Origin: Carcharhinus amblyrhynchos | Taxonomy: Eukaryota | Assembly: GCA_965287045.1 (NCBI GenBank) | Contig: OZ336870.1 | Span: forward strand, 116,746,001 to 116,810,000 | Direction: 5' to 3' | Length of the DNA stretch: 64,000 bases | Shown: positions 1-13,499 of the stretch, one piece after another | Layout: each line of letters begins with the position of its first letter | Numbering within the stretch: position 1 is the first letter of the stretch | The notes under the pieces: generated by a model | Told to the model about the DNA's origin: nothing | Database searches by the model: none | The model's input: the letters and a program-made list of their open reading frames with translations, nothing else | Translations under genes and position numbers: made by a program

Positions 1-339
1 AAAATTAATAATTGCTAGATTATTCTCTAAGCCCGCTAACATACTGAAATAGCAAAAATAAGATCAGAGATTTGAACGTATGGTTCAAAGACTAGTGTAA
101 AGAAACGGATTTCAATTTGTGGGACACTAACACTAGGAAAGTTCCATTGGTGCTTCACTTCAACTGTGCTGAAGCCATTATTCTGGTGAATTGAATAACT
201 AGTGCTTTGCACTAAATAAATGGAAGGAAGGGTTTAAGTTTGGGGCAATTTAGAAAGTTCAAAAAGAACAAGGGTCAGAGATTACAGGATAGCAACATGG
301 GCAATGATAACCAGAGGAGACAAAATGTACAAATATAAG

Positions 340-1025
340 ATTGAGTAACAAACAGGGTCTGAGTAGGGAAAAGCAATAAAACAAAATTAAAGGGTCCTTA
401 TCTGAATGCACAGTGTTCGAAACAAATAGCTGAGATGAAGACACAAAAAGAAATGAATAGCTATGATCGGACAATTATTATAGAAACATGGTCAAGGTGA
501 CCAAGACCGCAAACATTCAGAGGTACTTGGCTTTCGGAAGAATCCATAGAAAATAAAAAGTTGGGGTGGATCTGCTAATAAAGGATGAGACCAATAGAGT
601 AGCGAGAAGCGATCTCAGCTCAATCAGAATGTAGAACCAGTTTAGGTGGAGATAAGAAATAGCAATGGAAAGGCATCACTGATGGTAGTAATCTACATGC
701 CCCCCAATGCTAGCTACACTAGCGTATACATCAATAATTAATGGGGATTTGTAAGGTGTTGCAGTAATCCTGGGTGAAATTTTCATATACATTGGACAAA
801 TCAAATTAGCAAAGGTAGTTTTGAAAACAAATTCAGAGTATATTTGGGACAGTTACTTTGAAAAATATGTTGTGAAACCAACCTGCGAGCTAGTTTAGAT
901 CTGGTATGTGTAACTTGAAAGAATTACTCAACTCACAGTAAAGGATCCTTGGAAGAATGGCCATAACATGATGAATTTAACATTCAATTTAATAGTGCAA
1001 AACTGTTTGAAACTAGGGTCTTAAC
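340..1025 (+). mobile_element. Old degraded CR1 LINE fragment (endonuclease region)
   Basis: Decayed similarity to the CR1 ORF2 5' region (TATCTGAATGCAC, GAAACATGG, TGGAGATAAGAAAT, GATCTGGTATG). No intact ORF. Boundaries approximate. Confidence 0.6.
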
Positions 1026-1993
1026 TGAATGCAGAGGTTGCTGTGCACCCAGCAAAATGTCCATCTTGATGCTCCAGTAGTTGCATTGAGGTTTAAAAAA
1101 ACACAATGGGCCATAACTTCCGAGCTCCAGGGCATCGTATCTGGGGGTATCTAAAAGATGTGCTACGAAACTCTGTCCCCCCAGAAAATCCCAGGTAAAG
1201 TTTGCAAAGCAATTGCCCAGGAAGTGTAAATTTCACTCGATAATCACCCCGCACTGGGAAACATATGAAAGCCATGATTTAAATTGCATATTGCAGATGG
1301 TTCTGACTGTTTTACACCAAGTTACCCCAGAAACACAAGAATTAAGACCACTTCTAACTTCTTGAAACTACTGTACAGATCCGCATTGACCCCCTCACTG
1401 AATTCCCCTCAAACCCAAATCTCCACAGGACTCTTTCAACTTCCCTTCCCAACTACCCCACTCTCCCAAAGGCCTGGTTAGACACAGCCATTTCCCCAAT
1501 CCAAAACCCAACTCCCATCCTCTCACACTCCTGATGCCATTGGATGCACTATACTGCTGAGATCTTACTCAGCACGAGTCGGAACATTGGATGTGATAGA
1601 ATCACTTGAAAACAATAGAATTACCTGGATTTCGAGTTCACAACTTTCAAACAGTTACAATTTGACTTAACTAACAGTCTATCAGAAGTTATGGTGCAAT
1701 AAAATAGCCTTCCTGCCTTACCCTTTCATAAACATGCACCATTCATGCCAACTCATGTTACCTCATGACCCCCACCCACCCCTCCCATAGCCCCTCAGTC
1801 TCCATGTCAACCTACGTCCCCATGGCATTTTGGAGCTCCAATGCCAACCTTAGTGCCAACTTATGCAAACTCATACCTCTGACCCACCACCTTTTTCCCC
1901 TCCACCCATGCTAACTCACGCAGTATCCAACATGAGCAGATCTCAGGGCCTACATTGAGGTTAATTTGTTTCTTAAAAAACTCTCAGTCATAG

Positions 1994-2850
1994 ACTGAGT
2001 AAGTCCTGCCTTGGTTCAGTCAACCAAAATGCATTACCACGCATTTGTCTAAATTAAACTCCATCTGCCATTTGTCAGCCCACTGGCCTAATTGATCAAG
2101 CCTTATTCCTGACTTACTCAGTTAATGGTAGGGTGTTGGGGACAAAGAGATCTAGGGGTACATATTCATAGCTCCTTGAAAGTGGAGTCATAGATGGACA
2201 GAGTGGTGAAGAAGACATTTGGCAAGCTTGGTTTCATTGGTCAGAACATTGAATACAGGAGTTGGAATGTCTTGCTGAAGCTGTACAAGACATTGGTAAG
2301 GCCACATTTGGAATACTGTGTGCAATTCTGATCACTATTATAGAAAGGATATTATTAAACTAGAAAGAGTGCAGAAAATATTTACTAGGATGGTACTGTG
2401 ATTTGATGGATTGAGTTATAAGGAGAGGCTGGGTAACTGGAACTTTTTCCTCTGGAGCACAGGAGGATGAGGGGTGATCTCAGAGAAGTCTGTAAAATAA
2501 TGAAGGACACAAATCGGCTAGATAGTCAATATCTTTCCCCAATGGTAGAGGAGTCTAAAACTAGAAGGCGTAGGTTTAAGGTGAGAGGGGAGAGATACAA
2601 AAGTGTCCAGAGGAGCAATTTTATCACAGAGGGTGGTGAGTGTCTGGCACAAACTGCCAGAAGTGATAGTAGAGACCAGTACAATTTTGTCCTTTAAAAA
2701 GCATTGAGATAATTACATGGGTATAATGGGTATAGAGGGATATGGGATTAACAGTCAACTGGGATTAGTTTAGGGGATTAAAAAAAAGGCGGCATTGACA
2801 AGTTGGGCTGAAGGGCCTGTTTCCATGCTGTAAACCTCTACAACTCTAAA
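1994..2850 (+). mobile_element. 5'-truncated CR1 3' fragment with an inverted 5' piece (1994-2100)
   Basis: LEYCVQF-type coding remnant, ORF 2467-2697 (RGDL..), CR1 3' UTR. The left segment is CR1 in reverse orientation. Confidence 0.8.
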
Positions 2851-3280
2851 AGTTGAGTTGATGTCTCGTTCAGATCAGCCATAATCTTATTGAATGGTGA
2901 AAAAGTTCCTATTTCTTATGCTCTTAACTAAATTTGAATATTTCCTATTTAAACTTTTGACTTACATGTACAAATTTTGAAATTAATCAATTACTGTTAC
3001 TCCCTCCTGTTATGCTTTAGTTTTGTTCACGTAAATTACTTCAGTAACATTTACCTTTTAAGTAACCTTTAAGTAATGATATTTGATAAACATACACATT
3101 CAAATTTACTGATGAACAAATCCTCATCTGTATCAAAACAATTTCATCTCCAATTAATAGACTGCAAGTTAACTGAAAATGCACAACCTTGAAAAAGTAA
3201 AATTTATAGACAAAATATAACCTTTTGTAGAATGTTCATAAAATAAAATGAAGTGTTGTCAGCAAATGTACACAACTCAC

Positions 3281-3422
3281 ATCATCCCATGTCCAGCACT
3301 TCTCAACAGCTGTTACCCCAGTCTCCCTGTAGTATTCTTCCAAAGGTGGCTCCACCAAAATAACATCAAACTTGCAATTCAAGTCTCTAATATCAAATGT
3401 CTCTAAATCAGCTGGTAAATAC
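3281..3422 (-). CDS. METTL14: METTL14 exon 7 (142 nt, [47 protein letters not shown]); gene continues leftward, probably beyond the window
   Basis: MT-A70 domain start with the degenerate EPPL motif typical of METTL14 (METTL3 has DPPW). Acceptor TTTTGTAAACAG|G, donor GAT|GTGAGT. Confidence 0.97.
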
Positions 3423-3711
3423 CTGTTTACAAAAGAAAATTCTGAAGTTAATTTTAAGTAAATTTTATACATATCTGCTGCTGCTTCTGTATTCTCAGTT
3501 GTTAACTTAATACAAGTAAATAGGGAGGAACTTGGTCCCGAGTACCACAATGCACAAGATGTTCTTTGCAAATGTGCTGCCAGAAGTACATATTTGTAAA
3601 GTCTACCTTTTAATCTCAAACCTTCAGTTCAATTATGAATGAAAGGACAAATGTGCGTTATCAAAACCATACCTATTGCAATGAACAATTAAAATAAAAA
3701 AAGGAACACAG

Positions 3712-4808
3712 CTGGATTTTGTGGTTAACAGCCAGGGGCTTAAGGGAGCAGCTAAAGTCTGCAAACTCTGCTTGAACTGGAATAACCTGAAATTTGAAAC
3801 TGGCTTGAACTGGTCGACAGCAAAGCACTGGTATCAGTTTGAATACGATGTCAAGTCAAGGAGGCTTTAAGGCATTCAGCAGTAGCAAGCAGGGTAAGCA
3901 CCCAATCACGCTGAAGTATTCTTGCAGACAGCAAACCAGGAAGTAAAGTGCACGGATTATCCCTCATTTTAAAATTTTATATGCAGTAAAACAAATTATC
4001 AGAACATACACATAGGATTAAGATGGAGACTAAAGTATCAAATAAACCTTGCTAAAAATATTTTTAAATATGTGGAATTCATCACAACTAAAAAAAATGA
4101 CATTCAGCAAATATAACTTTTTTATTCATTTGTGGGACATGGGCATTGCTGACTGGCCAGTACTTATTGTGCATCCTTAGTTGCTCTTGAACCGATCGTT
4201 TGCTCAGCTATTTCAAAGGGCAGTTGAGAGTCAACCACATTGCTGTGACTTTGGAGTCACATGTAGGCCAGACCGGGTAAGGAAGGCACATTCTTTCCCT
4301 AAAGGACATTAGTGAACCAGATGGGTTTTTCTGATAATTGACAATGATTTCAGTCATCAGTAGATCCTTAATTCCAGACCTTTTTACTGAATTCAAATTC
4401 CACCGTGTGCTGTGGTGGGGTTTGAACCTAGGTCCCTAGAACATTAGCTGAGTTTTTGGATCAATAGTCTGGTGATAATACTACTGGACCATCGCCTCCC
4501 CTCTTACAGCAGCCCGGGATTTGAAAGAACTTGGAACATAGCTAAAAATGTTCAATTCATTACAACGTGTAGATATTTTCAAGGATTTTATAGCGAGACT
4601 AATAACACCCTTAGCTCAATGATTTCTCATTGATTCTTTGGACGGGGGTGGGTTAGGGGTAATGCACTCTAAAGAAACAGAATCACTGACACCAACATCT
4701 GGATTGCACATTTAACTGTGCATGTGTTAACATCAGATGTTGCTGTCATTTTCAAAGGACTAATGTGAATGCTGACAGGTTTACTGTCATACCTATCACA
4801 AAATCCAG
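3712..4808. mobile_element. TIR-bounded non-autonomous element carrying a nested SINE
   Basis: CTGGATTTTGTGGT (3712-3725) and ATCACAAAATCCAG (4795-4808) are a 13/14 inverted repeat. Confidence 0.5.
4118..4500 (-). mobile_element. tRNA-derived SINE (Deu-type family)
   Basis: Close similarity to copies at 52150-52475 (+) and 63760-64000 (-); tRNA-like head and poly-A tail on the minus strand. Confidence 0.75.
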
Positions 4809-5758
4809 AACATTTATAGATTATATAAAACGCATTTATCTGCCCATGTAAGCATCAGTTTTAACTTAGTTTTTGCACTGTGCCCTCAATCAGAAGATAG
4901 TGCATTAAAGCCTCAATCTCTGATTTAACACACATAATCTATGTTGATGTGTCAGTGCTAAGATAGTGTTGCAGTATCAAATCGTCATCTTTCAGGTGAC
5001 CTGTTAAACCAAGGCTCTGTCTGCCTGCTCAGGTGGATGTAAAAATGCTGATGCACTCTCTCAGAAAGAGCAAGGGTGATCTTGAGTTCCAGGCAACATT
5101 TAGCTTTCAACTAGAAACAGATTAACTGATCTTATTGTTGCTCATGGGATCTTGCTGTACACAACTAGATTGCAATAAATGTTTACAGAACAAGAGAACC
5201 CATTTAATTGTTCACACTTTGTGACATCCTGGAAATATCAAAAGAGGCTTATAAAAGTAATTTCCTTGAATAACCCAAACCTAAACTGAAGTAACAAATA
5301 TAGTCGAAAAGCAGTAGTCTGAAGGAAGTTCTTCATATACAAACTATGCCCACTCCCCCAAAATATTTCAACTTGCTTTTATTCTTGAATTGCAAAAACA
5401 AAATCACATGGATTTCCCATCAAATAGCATTTAAACCTAGAGGACACAAAAAAGAGAACAAGTAAAAAAAAACTTCCATTTCAAAAATCTACTCTACAAC
5501 AATAGCCCCAGTAAGTTTTCTTCTTGAGTGATTTCTTTTAAGAACTTAAACTGTGCTGCGCAACTACACACGTGGTAACTGAAGAGTACATCAGGACTTA
5601 CAGATTACTGTGTAGCTCTGCAGCTTAGATGAAACATTTCTTCGCAATAACATTTGTATTTAAATCTAAATTGGTAACACTTCACATTTAATAAATGTAT
5701 TTTTCTGCATCTGTATTTTACATGAAACAGTCTCACAAGAATATATAGAAGCACTCAC

Positions 5759-5849
5759 ATGGGGGGAGTGTTAGTTTGGGAAATTAGATCGTCCTTCAGT
5801 CTGATCAGTTCACGGAGTTTAGGATATTCTTCAAATCTGTCAGCCAGAC
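5759..5849 (-). CDS. METTL14: METTL14 exon 6 (91 nt, [30 protein letters not shown])
   Basis: Acceptor AAAACAG|GT, donor AT|GTGAGT. Conserved [19 protein letters not shown]. Confidence 0.97.
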
Positions 5850-7816
5850 CTGTTTTTTTTAAATAAATCAAACTTTAATTTTGAAATTAGATTCAGATCG
5901 GACTAGAATTTATGCCAATCAATTGAGATTGTTGACATTCTAAAAATCTAGAAAAATGCACACCTCAAATACAATATAAAGTTAATTTCATAAAACAGTG
6001 AAAGCTTGTTCGAAATATGCATTTCCTGTTGAGTCAGCAGCAACTAAATGCTGATGGGCTTCTTGGCTAATCCCTGTTCCTAACAGGAACATGCATCATG
6101 TTTTCCAGTTGGTGTTATTCCATTACCCAACACACTCAAAAAGTCCTGCATTTCACAGATTAAATTTTCAGAAATTGGAGTGTTCAGCTCAGCATGTTCA
6201 GTCCACATAATTAGAAGGGAAGATCACAGCTGAGCATTTATGCTAAACTCCCCATTCGTGCTATCTACTTAGAACACTAAATTTATGAATCGTCCTTTCT
6301 ATCATTGCGTCATCCTGATACCTGCACTATAGCATCAACTTATGCAAATCCAAACTTACGAGGAAAACACCGTTTTCAAAAATTGCAGACTTTAGTTGGA
6401 AAATCTACTTAATCAGAGAGTCCCAAACTAAATGCCTTTTTAAACTGCTGCAAAGATTTAAGATTTTTTTCACAATTGTGTCAGCTGATTACAACATGTT
6501 CGCATTTCTCATCTAGACCTCCAGAACATTCGAAGTTTGTGTACTTTGAGGCACACATTGCCAAATTCTCATTTTATTGCAATTCAGAAATTTGAACTGC
6601 AGACTAAATAATTTCTAAGTAATAACTTTTAACATTTTACAAAAAACATTACTGTGAGTTTTACGAAAAGCAATATCTGCAAAATCCAGGTGGACCACAG
6701 TTTAGAATCACTCAAATATTCCATCGAATACAACAAAATCTAAGGATATTCTTTCCTAGCAACATGGTGACACAATTCATACTTAAAATATCTGAATTCT
6801 CCATGACCAACTTTATCCAGAAGAACATGCAGTGCCAGATTTTGACTGCACAGGTGGATAGCTGGACATAGATCAACCCTAGTTTAAAGGGCCCAATAGA
6901 CAACTGGTGCTCTGGGGAGGCAGAGGTAGGATTGAGTCAAGCACATTGACCCAGGAAACAGATCCTAGGTGGTCATGGGATTGCATGAGAAATGAAGTAG
7001 GCTGGTTACAAGGCCCAATTTGGTTACTTGGGACCTGGTCTCACTTGTTTTAGATGTTGTTTGGCCCTCTGACTTCTAACAATCAAATGCAGAACCCAAT
7101 CCTATACCTCCAATAATGGAAAATAACTCCGATTCACGAAACCCACTTAAAAAACTTTTAAATCGAGTGATTAATCTCTCGTGAAAAAAACTTCTATTCA
7201 GACACCACATCAAAGTCAGCGAATCAATTATTTAAACTGTCAAACTGTGAACTCTGAACCCCCCCCCCCGAAACAATAGTAGTTTTGAAATTCAACTGGA
7301 CAATCATAATTACATAATATCCTTTGAGGAAATGTCAAAGAACTCTATTTGAACTGCATGCTCAGATAAGGATGCAGTTTCTAACCTACACCACATGGAC
7401 TGTCAATCAAAGCAGTCCTGCCAAGGTTTCTCTTAAACTCTCATTGGCAGGCTCAGCCTTTTTTAATGTTTAGAAGAGCATGGAATTTAAAAAGTTTCAG
7501 TTAATGACACTTAAATGTTATCTGCCCTTCAAGAGTTTTTACATCCAATGAAAAATGTGTGACTGCCAAATCACAAGGGTCTATTTGAACTCAGCATAAA
7601 GTTTAAAAGGCCCTGCTAAGTTTGATGTTTGCTCCTCAGAGTCACATCCTTCCCCATCCCTGGCAAAAACAGGATCTGTTGGAAATATGGATTTCCACAT
7701 CCAGGTCCTACCCACAATTATTAAAGGTTTGCAGAATCTTCCTGACTCAGCACAAAATCTGGCCTGTTATTTTCATTTGCAATCATGCAAACACTCTGGT
7801 TATTGCTTTAGCTTAC

Positions 7817-7904
7817 CAACATCACGAATAAAGTTTTGGGGCCGATGCCCTGTGTCCACAAAATGTTGGCAGTAGTCATTATGTGGGTTGAGGCTTTGTG
7901 TGCC
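7817..7904 (-). CDS. METTL14: METTL14 exon 5 (88 nt, [30 protein letters not shown])
   Basis: Acceptor TTTTTCTACCAG|G, donor TTG|GTAAGC. Highly conserved METTL14 peptide. Confidence 0.98.
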
Positions 7905-8820
7905 CTGGTAGAAAAATGAACAGATTCAGTTACAGAAAAAAAGATAATGCAGAAGAATAATAAAAGCGCAAGGATATTTTTTGTGCTACCTGAACCGAAG
8001 TCTTAGAGCAAAACAAATAAATTTTAGTAGCGTTAAGGGTTTAAGAGATCAAGGCTAAATTTGGAAATATTACAATCGTTTTGTAAAAGTATGAAGATAT
8101 GAAAAGGGTGTTTGGGTCAAAACTCAACATTTTATTCTCAAGTCCATAATATACAAGTTAGCCTTTGGTTTCATAATTCAGCATAAAAATACTGTAGATT
8201 GTATTCTCTACTGTGAGTCTACACAGTGGTCTGTCTAGTTCTATTTAATTAAAATACACAATCAGAGATAGTGTGGGTGTGGATTACTGATCTTCTGAAT
8301 GATGCATTTTCAAGCAAATACTCATATCTTTAACATTTCCTCAAAGTGCTTCTTACAAAATATCAGCAATTAGCCTAACATCATGAAGCATCTTGTAAGA
8401 ATTACATAATATAAAGACTACAGATTTACCATATGTAAAAATTATACAAATCAAACTGATCTACCAAATAGATAAACAAAATAGAAGAAAATTCTGAAGG
8501 ATAGCATCTATCTCAACTAGGAGAGGCAAAGCATGATCAAGGATAGTCAGCATGGCTTCGTCAGAGGGAAGTCATGCTTAACAAATTTGAATTTTTTGAG
8601 GTTGTGACCAGGTGTGATTAGGTTTGTGCAGTTGATGTAGTTTATATGGATTTCAGCAAAGCCTTTGATAAGGTCCAGGCAATTGCAAATAATCACAAAT
8701 TGGGAGATTGCAAATAAGGCAAATGCACATGGGATACAGGATTTGATAAAGTGGATTCAAAATTGGCTCACTTTCAGGAGGCAAAAGGCGATGATAGAAA
8801 ACTGTTTTAGTGACTGGATG

Positions 8821-11631
8821 ATGTGGAGATGCCAGCATTGGACTGGGGTAAAAACAGAAAGAAGTCTCACAACACCAGCTTGAAGTCCAACAGGTTTACT
8901 TGTAGCAAACGCCACAAGCTTTCGGAACAGGCTGTCCCTTTGGCAGGTAGGTGGGAGTTCTGATCACAATTAGGGCACAAAGACACAAACTCAATTTAAA
9001 CGAATAATGATTGGAATGTGAATCTTTACAGCTAATCGAGTCTTAAAGGTACAGACAATGTGAGTGCATTAAGCACAGGTTAGAAGGATGTGTATTAGAA
9101 CATAGAACATAGAACATTACAGCGCAGAACAGGCCCTTCGGCCCACGATGTTGCGCCGACCAGTTTTTTATTGTTTCCAGACAGGAAAGTTAATGAGATT
9201 TTACAAGACCAGGCAAGTTGTGGGGGTATAGATTCACACCGCAATATGCCAACATCTTCATGCACAGGTTCAAACAAGACTTCTTCACTGCACAGAACCT
9301 TCAACCGATGCTATATACTGGATACATCGATGACATTTTCTTCCTTTGGACTCATGGTGAACAATCACTGAAACAATTATATGGTGACATCAACAAGTTC
9401 CATTCTACTCACCATGGGCTACTCTCTGGAATTGGTTACATTCTTGGACACACGCACCTTCAAGAATAGCCACCTCAGCACCTCACTGTACTGCAAACCC
9501 ACGGATAACCTCGCGATGCTTCACTCAACCCTAAACATGTTAAAGAAACCATCTCCCATGGACAAGTCCTCTGTATACACAGGATCTGCTCAGATGAGGT
9601 GCATTGCAACATACACTTCCAGATGCTGAAAGATGCCCTCATAAGAGCAGGATATGACGCACAACTCATTGATCGACAGTTCCGACGCGCCACAGCCAAA
9701 AACTGCACCGACCTCCTCAGAAAACAAACACGAGACACAGTGGACAGAGTACCCTTCGTCGTCCAGTACTTCCCCGGAGCAGAGAGGTTATGACATCTTC
9801 TCCGGAGCCTTCAACATGTCATTGATGAAGATGAACATCTCGAAGACGAACATTTGAGGACGGCCTCAACTGGGATCTTGGGTTCATGTCACACTATCTG
9901 TAACCCCCACAACTTGCCTGCACTTGTAAAATCTCACTAACTTTCCTGTCTGGAAACAATACACATCCTTTTAACTGTGCTTAATACTCTCTCCACTCAC
10001 ATTGTCTGTAATGTGACTTGATTAGCTGTAAAAGACTCACATTCCAATCATCATTCATGTAAATTGGCCAGGCAAAAGGCGGGGAATTATAGGCCGGTTA
10101 GTTTAACGTCTGTGGTAGGTAAAATGTTAGAATCCGTCATTAAGGAGGAAATTGCGAGGCATCTTGAAGGGAATTGCTTGATAGGGCGGACGCAACACGG
10201 TTTCATTAAAGGGAAGTCGTGTCTGACAAATTTACTGGAGTTCTATGAGGATGTGTCTAGGGCAGTGGATAGAGGAGAGCCGGTGGATGTGGTCTTTCTG
10301 GATTTTCAGAAGGCGTTTGACAAGGTACCTCACAAGAGGTTATTGCAGAAGGTCAGGGGACATGGAGTTGGGGGTAGGGTGTTAGCGTGGATAGAGGATT
10401 GGTTGTCAAATAGGAGGCAGAGAGTGGGGGTCAATGGGTGCTATTCGGATTGGCGGTTGGTGACTAGTGGGGTGCCCCAGGGGTCGGTGCTGGGGCCTCA
10501 GCTATTTACCATTTATATAGATGATCTGGAGGAGGGAACCGAGTGCAGGGTGTCGAAATTTGCTGATGACACCAAGATTGGGGGAAAGGCAAATTGTGCG
10601 GAGGGTGTGGAGAGTCTGCAGAAGGATCTAGATAGGCTGGGCGAATGGGCCAGGAAATGGCAAATGGAATTTAATGTTGGCAAGTGTGAGGTGGTCCACT
10701 TTGGTAGGAAGAATGGTAGGAAGGACTATTACTTACGTGGCGAAAAACTGCATCAGGCGACGGTGCAGAGGGACCTCGGGGTCCTTGTGCATGAGTCGCA
10801 AAAACCCAGCTTGCAGGTGCAGCAGGTGGTCAGGAAGGCGAATGGGATGCTGGCCTTCATAGCGAGGGGGATTGAATATAAAAGTAGGGAGGTCTTGCTG
10901 CAGCTGTATAGGGCATTGGTGAGGCCGCAGCTGGAGTACTGTGTGCAGTTTTGGGCGCCGCACCTGCGCAAGGATATTTTGGCCCTGGAGGGAGTGCAGA
11001 GGAGGTTTACTAGGCTGATACCGGAGTTGAGGGGATTGAGCTATGAGGAGAGGCTGAATAAACTAGGCTTGTACTCGTTAGAGTTTAGAAGAATGAGGGG
11101 AGATCTCATTGAGACATATAAGATGATGAATGAGATGGATAGGATAGAGGTGGAGAGACTCTTCCCGCTCAAAAAAGACAGTAGGACTAGGGGGCACAGC
11201 CTCAAGATAAAGGGGAGGCGGTTTAGAACGGAGTTGAGGAGGAACTTCTTCACTCAAAGGGTGGTGAATCTCTGGAATTCTCTGCCCGTTGAAGTGGTGG
11301 AGGCTGCCTCGCTAAATATTTTTAAGAAGCGGGTTGATGGGTTCTTGATAAGAGAGGGGATTAAGGGTTATGGGGAGAGGGCCAGAAAGTGGAACTGAGC
11401 CACAACAGATCAGCCATGATCTTATTGAATGGCGGGGCAGGCTCGAAGGGCTGGATGGCCTACTCCTGCTCCTATTTCTTATGTTCTTATGTTCTTAAAT
11501 TGAGTTTGTGTCTTTGAGCCTTGTTTGCGATCAGAACTCCCACCCACCTGATAAAAGGACAGCCTGTTCCGAAAGCTTTACTACAAATAAACCTGTTGGA
11601 CTTTCAGCTGGTGTTGTGAGACTTCTTTCTG
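8821..11631 (+). mobile_element. Penelope-like retroelement: RT remnant at about 9220-9840, 3' pseudo-LTR and an inverted 5' copy of it
   Basis: FTPQYANIFM...YIDDIFFLWTHG, a PLE-type RT motif. 8855-9218 is the reverse complement of 9902-10066 plus 11503-11631. 14-bp target duplication TTAG(T/G)GACTGGATG at 8807-8820 and 11632-11645. Confidence 0.8.
10067..11495 (+). mobile_element. Young 5'-truncated CR1 LINE with an uninterrupted RT reading frame (444 codons)
   Basis: ORF 10064-11398 with [23 protein letters not shown]; (TTCTTATG)n tail; TSD TAAATTG at 10060-10066 and 11496-11502. Confidence 0.95.
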
Positions 11632-13499
11632 TTAGGGACTGGATGTCACTGTCCAGTGGTAAATCACATGGATATGCGCTGGGTCCTGAATTATTTGTCA
11701 TTTATATAAATTACATGGATGACTATGTGGGGGATAGGATTCGTAAGTTTGTTGATGACACAAAGATTGGCCAGGTGGTTAACAGTGAGGTCGAGTGTCT
11801 TAGTCAAATGGGCAGATAAGTAGTATTCAACACTGAGAAGTGAGGGGTGATACACTTTGGAAGGAACAATTTGACATGGAAATATTCAATAAACAGCATG
11901 ACACGAGGAAGCTCTGTGCAACAAAGGGACCTTGGTGTGTTTGTCCATAGATCTCTGAAGGCGGAAGAGCATGTTAATGGACTGGAGAAAAAGGCATATG
12001 GGACACCTGCTTTCATCATCGAAGCATAGAACACAAAAGCAGGGAGTCACGTTGGGGTTGTATAAAACCTTGGTGAGGCCACAGCTGGAATACTGTGTGC
12101 AGTTCTGGTCGCCACATTATAGGAAGGATGTGATTGCACTGGAGGGGCTGCAGAGAACGTTCATCAGGATGTTGCCTGGTGACGCACGCCATGCCCCCCC
12201 CAACCATGACGTTCGTTGCTCTCTCTCTCTCTCTCCCCGTTTCTCTCTCTCTCCTTTCTTGAATAGCATTATTACATTTGCTAACTTCCAATCCACTGAG
12301 ACCCTTTCTTTTGGGATCTTATGATGTGGGCCATCAGGTCCTGGGAATTTTTCCGATCTTAAGCTTCAAGTTTCTCCAGTACTTGTTTCGGTTGGTATTA
12401 ATTACCCGAATTTCCTTTCTTATTAGCCTCGATGTTACCCTTGATTCCTGGTAGGACATATTTGTTTGACATCTGTCATTTCTTCATTCCCCATGATAAT
12501 TTATTCTGTCTTTAAGAAACCAACATTTACTTTCATTGTTCTTTTCACGCTTGTAAATGCCGCTTCAGTCCATTATTTTGTTCGTGGCAAGTTTGACTCC
12601 CACATTCTACATTTTCCTTTTTTAATCAACTTTTTGGTGGCTCTCTGGTGATTTCTAAAGCATTCCTAATTTACAGACCTATTACTACTATTCTTTGCAA
12701 CATTCTGTTAACCCAAAGTGATCACTGACCTCCTTAGCAAGCTATGAATGGATCTACCTTGAAGTTTTGTTTTTAATGAAATGTATGTTGATCTAATTCA
12801 GCCCACTTGCATAGTAAAGCCAAATACACTTGCAGCTGAAATACTTCCAGTTAACAATTGAGTTAACTACTGTTAACTCTAATTCCTTGTCTGCTGCAGT
12901 TAGTAAATCATCTGTCACTTTTCAGGCCTGTAGAATACCTGGTGAAAGTTAGATTTGTGGTTTTTCCACATTCATGAAAATCTTGACACACAAATATTAC
13001 TCATCATCGCCGTGGAAGAAAAACACCCAAGCAGTACTTCTAACAATTTCACACATTGTCCAAGTGACCCTGAAACAACACGTATTATTCTTCATACAAA
13101 GTTTCTAAAGGATTTCTGAAGCTTCAAGACTCCGATAAGCACAGCTGTCAAAATCACATCTTTTCAAATAGTTCTACTGAATAGCCATGCAGGGAAAAAT
13201 ATTGAAAGCCTGAAAATATTGTTCTGTTGACATACCCACCAAGTGTATAAATGCTAAATGCTTTGACAACCAAATCACTAGTGGACAACAATATAAAAAC
13301 TTTCAAAAGGAAATTCAAATTTAACAATCATGAATTAGCTTGAAATTAGCTCCCCCATTTATTGAGGCTCTGGATGAAATGATTACGCAGTTTTAGAGAT
13401 GAACATCCAGAACTTCACAGAAATAAAACCACTGGTGTGAACATGATAAACCTATAGCCCTTGGTGTAGGTAAGCTGCTTGCCATCACAAGCTTCGGTC

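Larger units (their letters stand above)
8520..12180 (+). mobile_element. Old CR1 RT fragment (8520-8820 and 11632-12180) split by a Penelope-like insertion
   Basis: QHGFVRGKSCLT-like and DFSKAFDKV motifs on the left; KFVDDTKIG and LEYCVQFWSP on the right. Confidence 0.8.

Noticed and set aside
3236-3619. 127-aa ORF as a stand-alone gene
   Set aside because: Only 3281-3422 is METTL14 exon 7; the rest is intron read-through.
10064-11398. 444-aa reverse transcriptase as a domesticated gene or retron-like system
   Set aside because: It is a 5'-truncated CR1 ORF2 with a tail and TSD. The TTG 'start' comes from the target site, and near-identical disrupted copies lie nearby.
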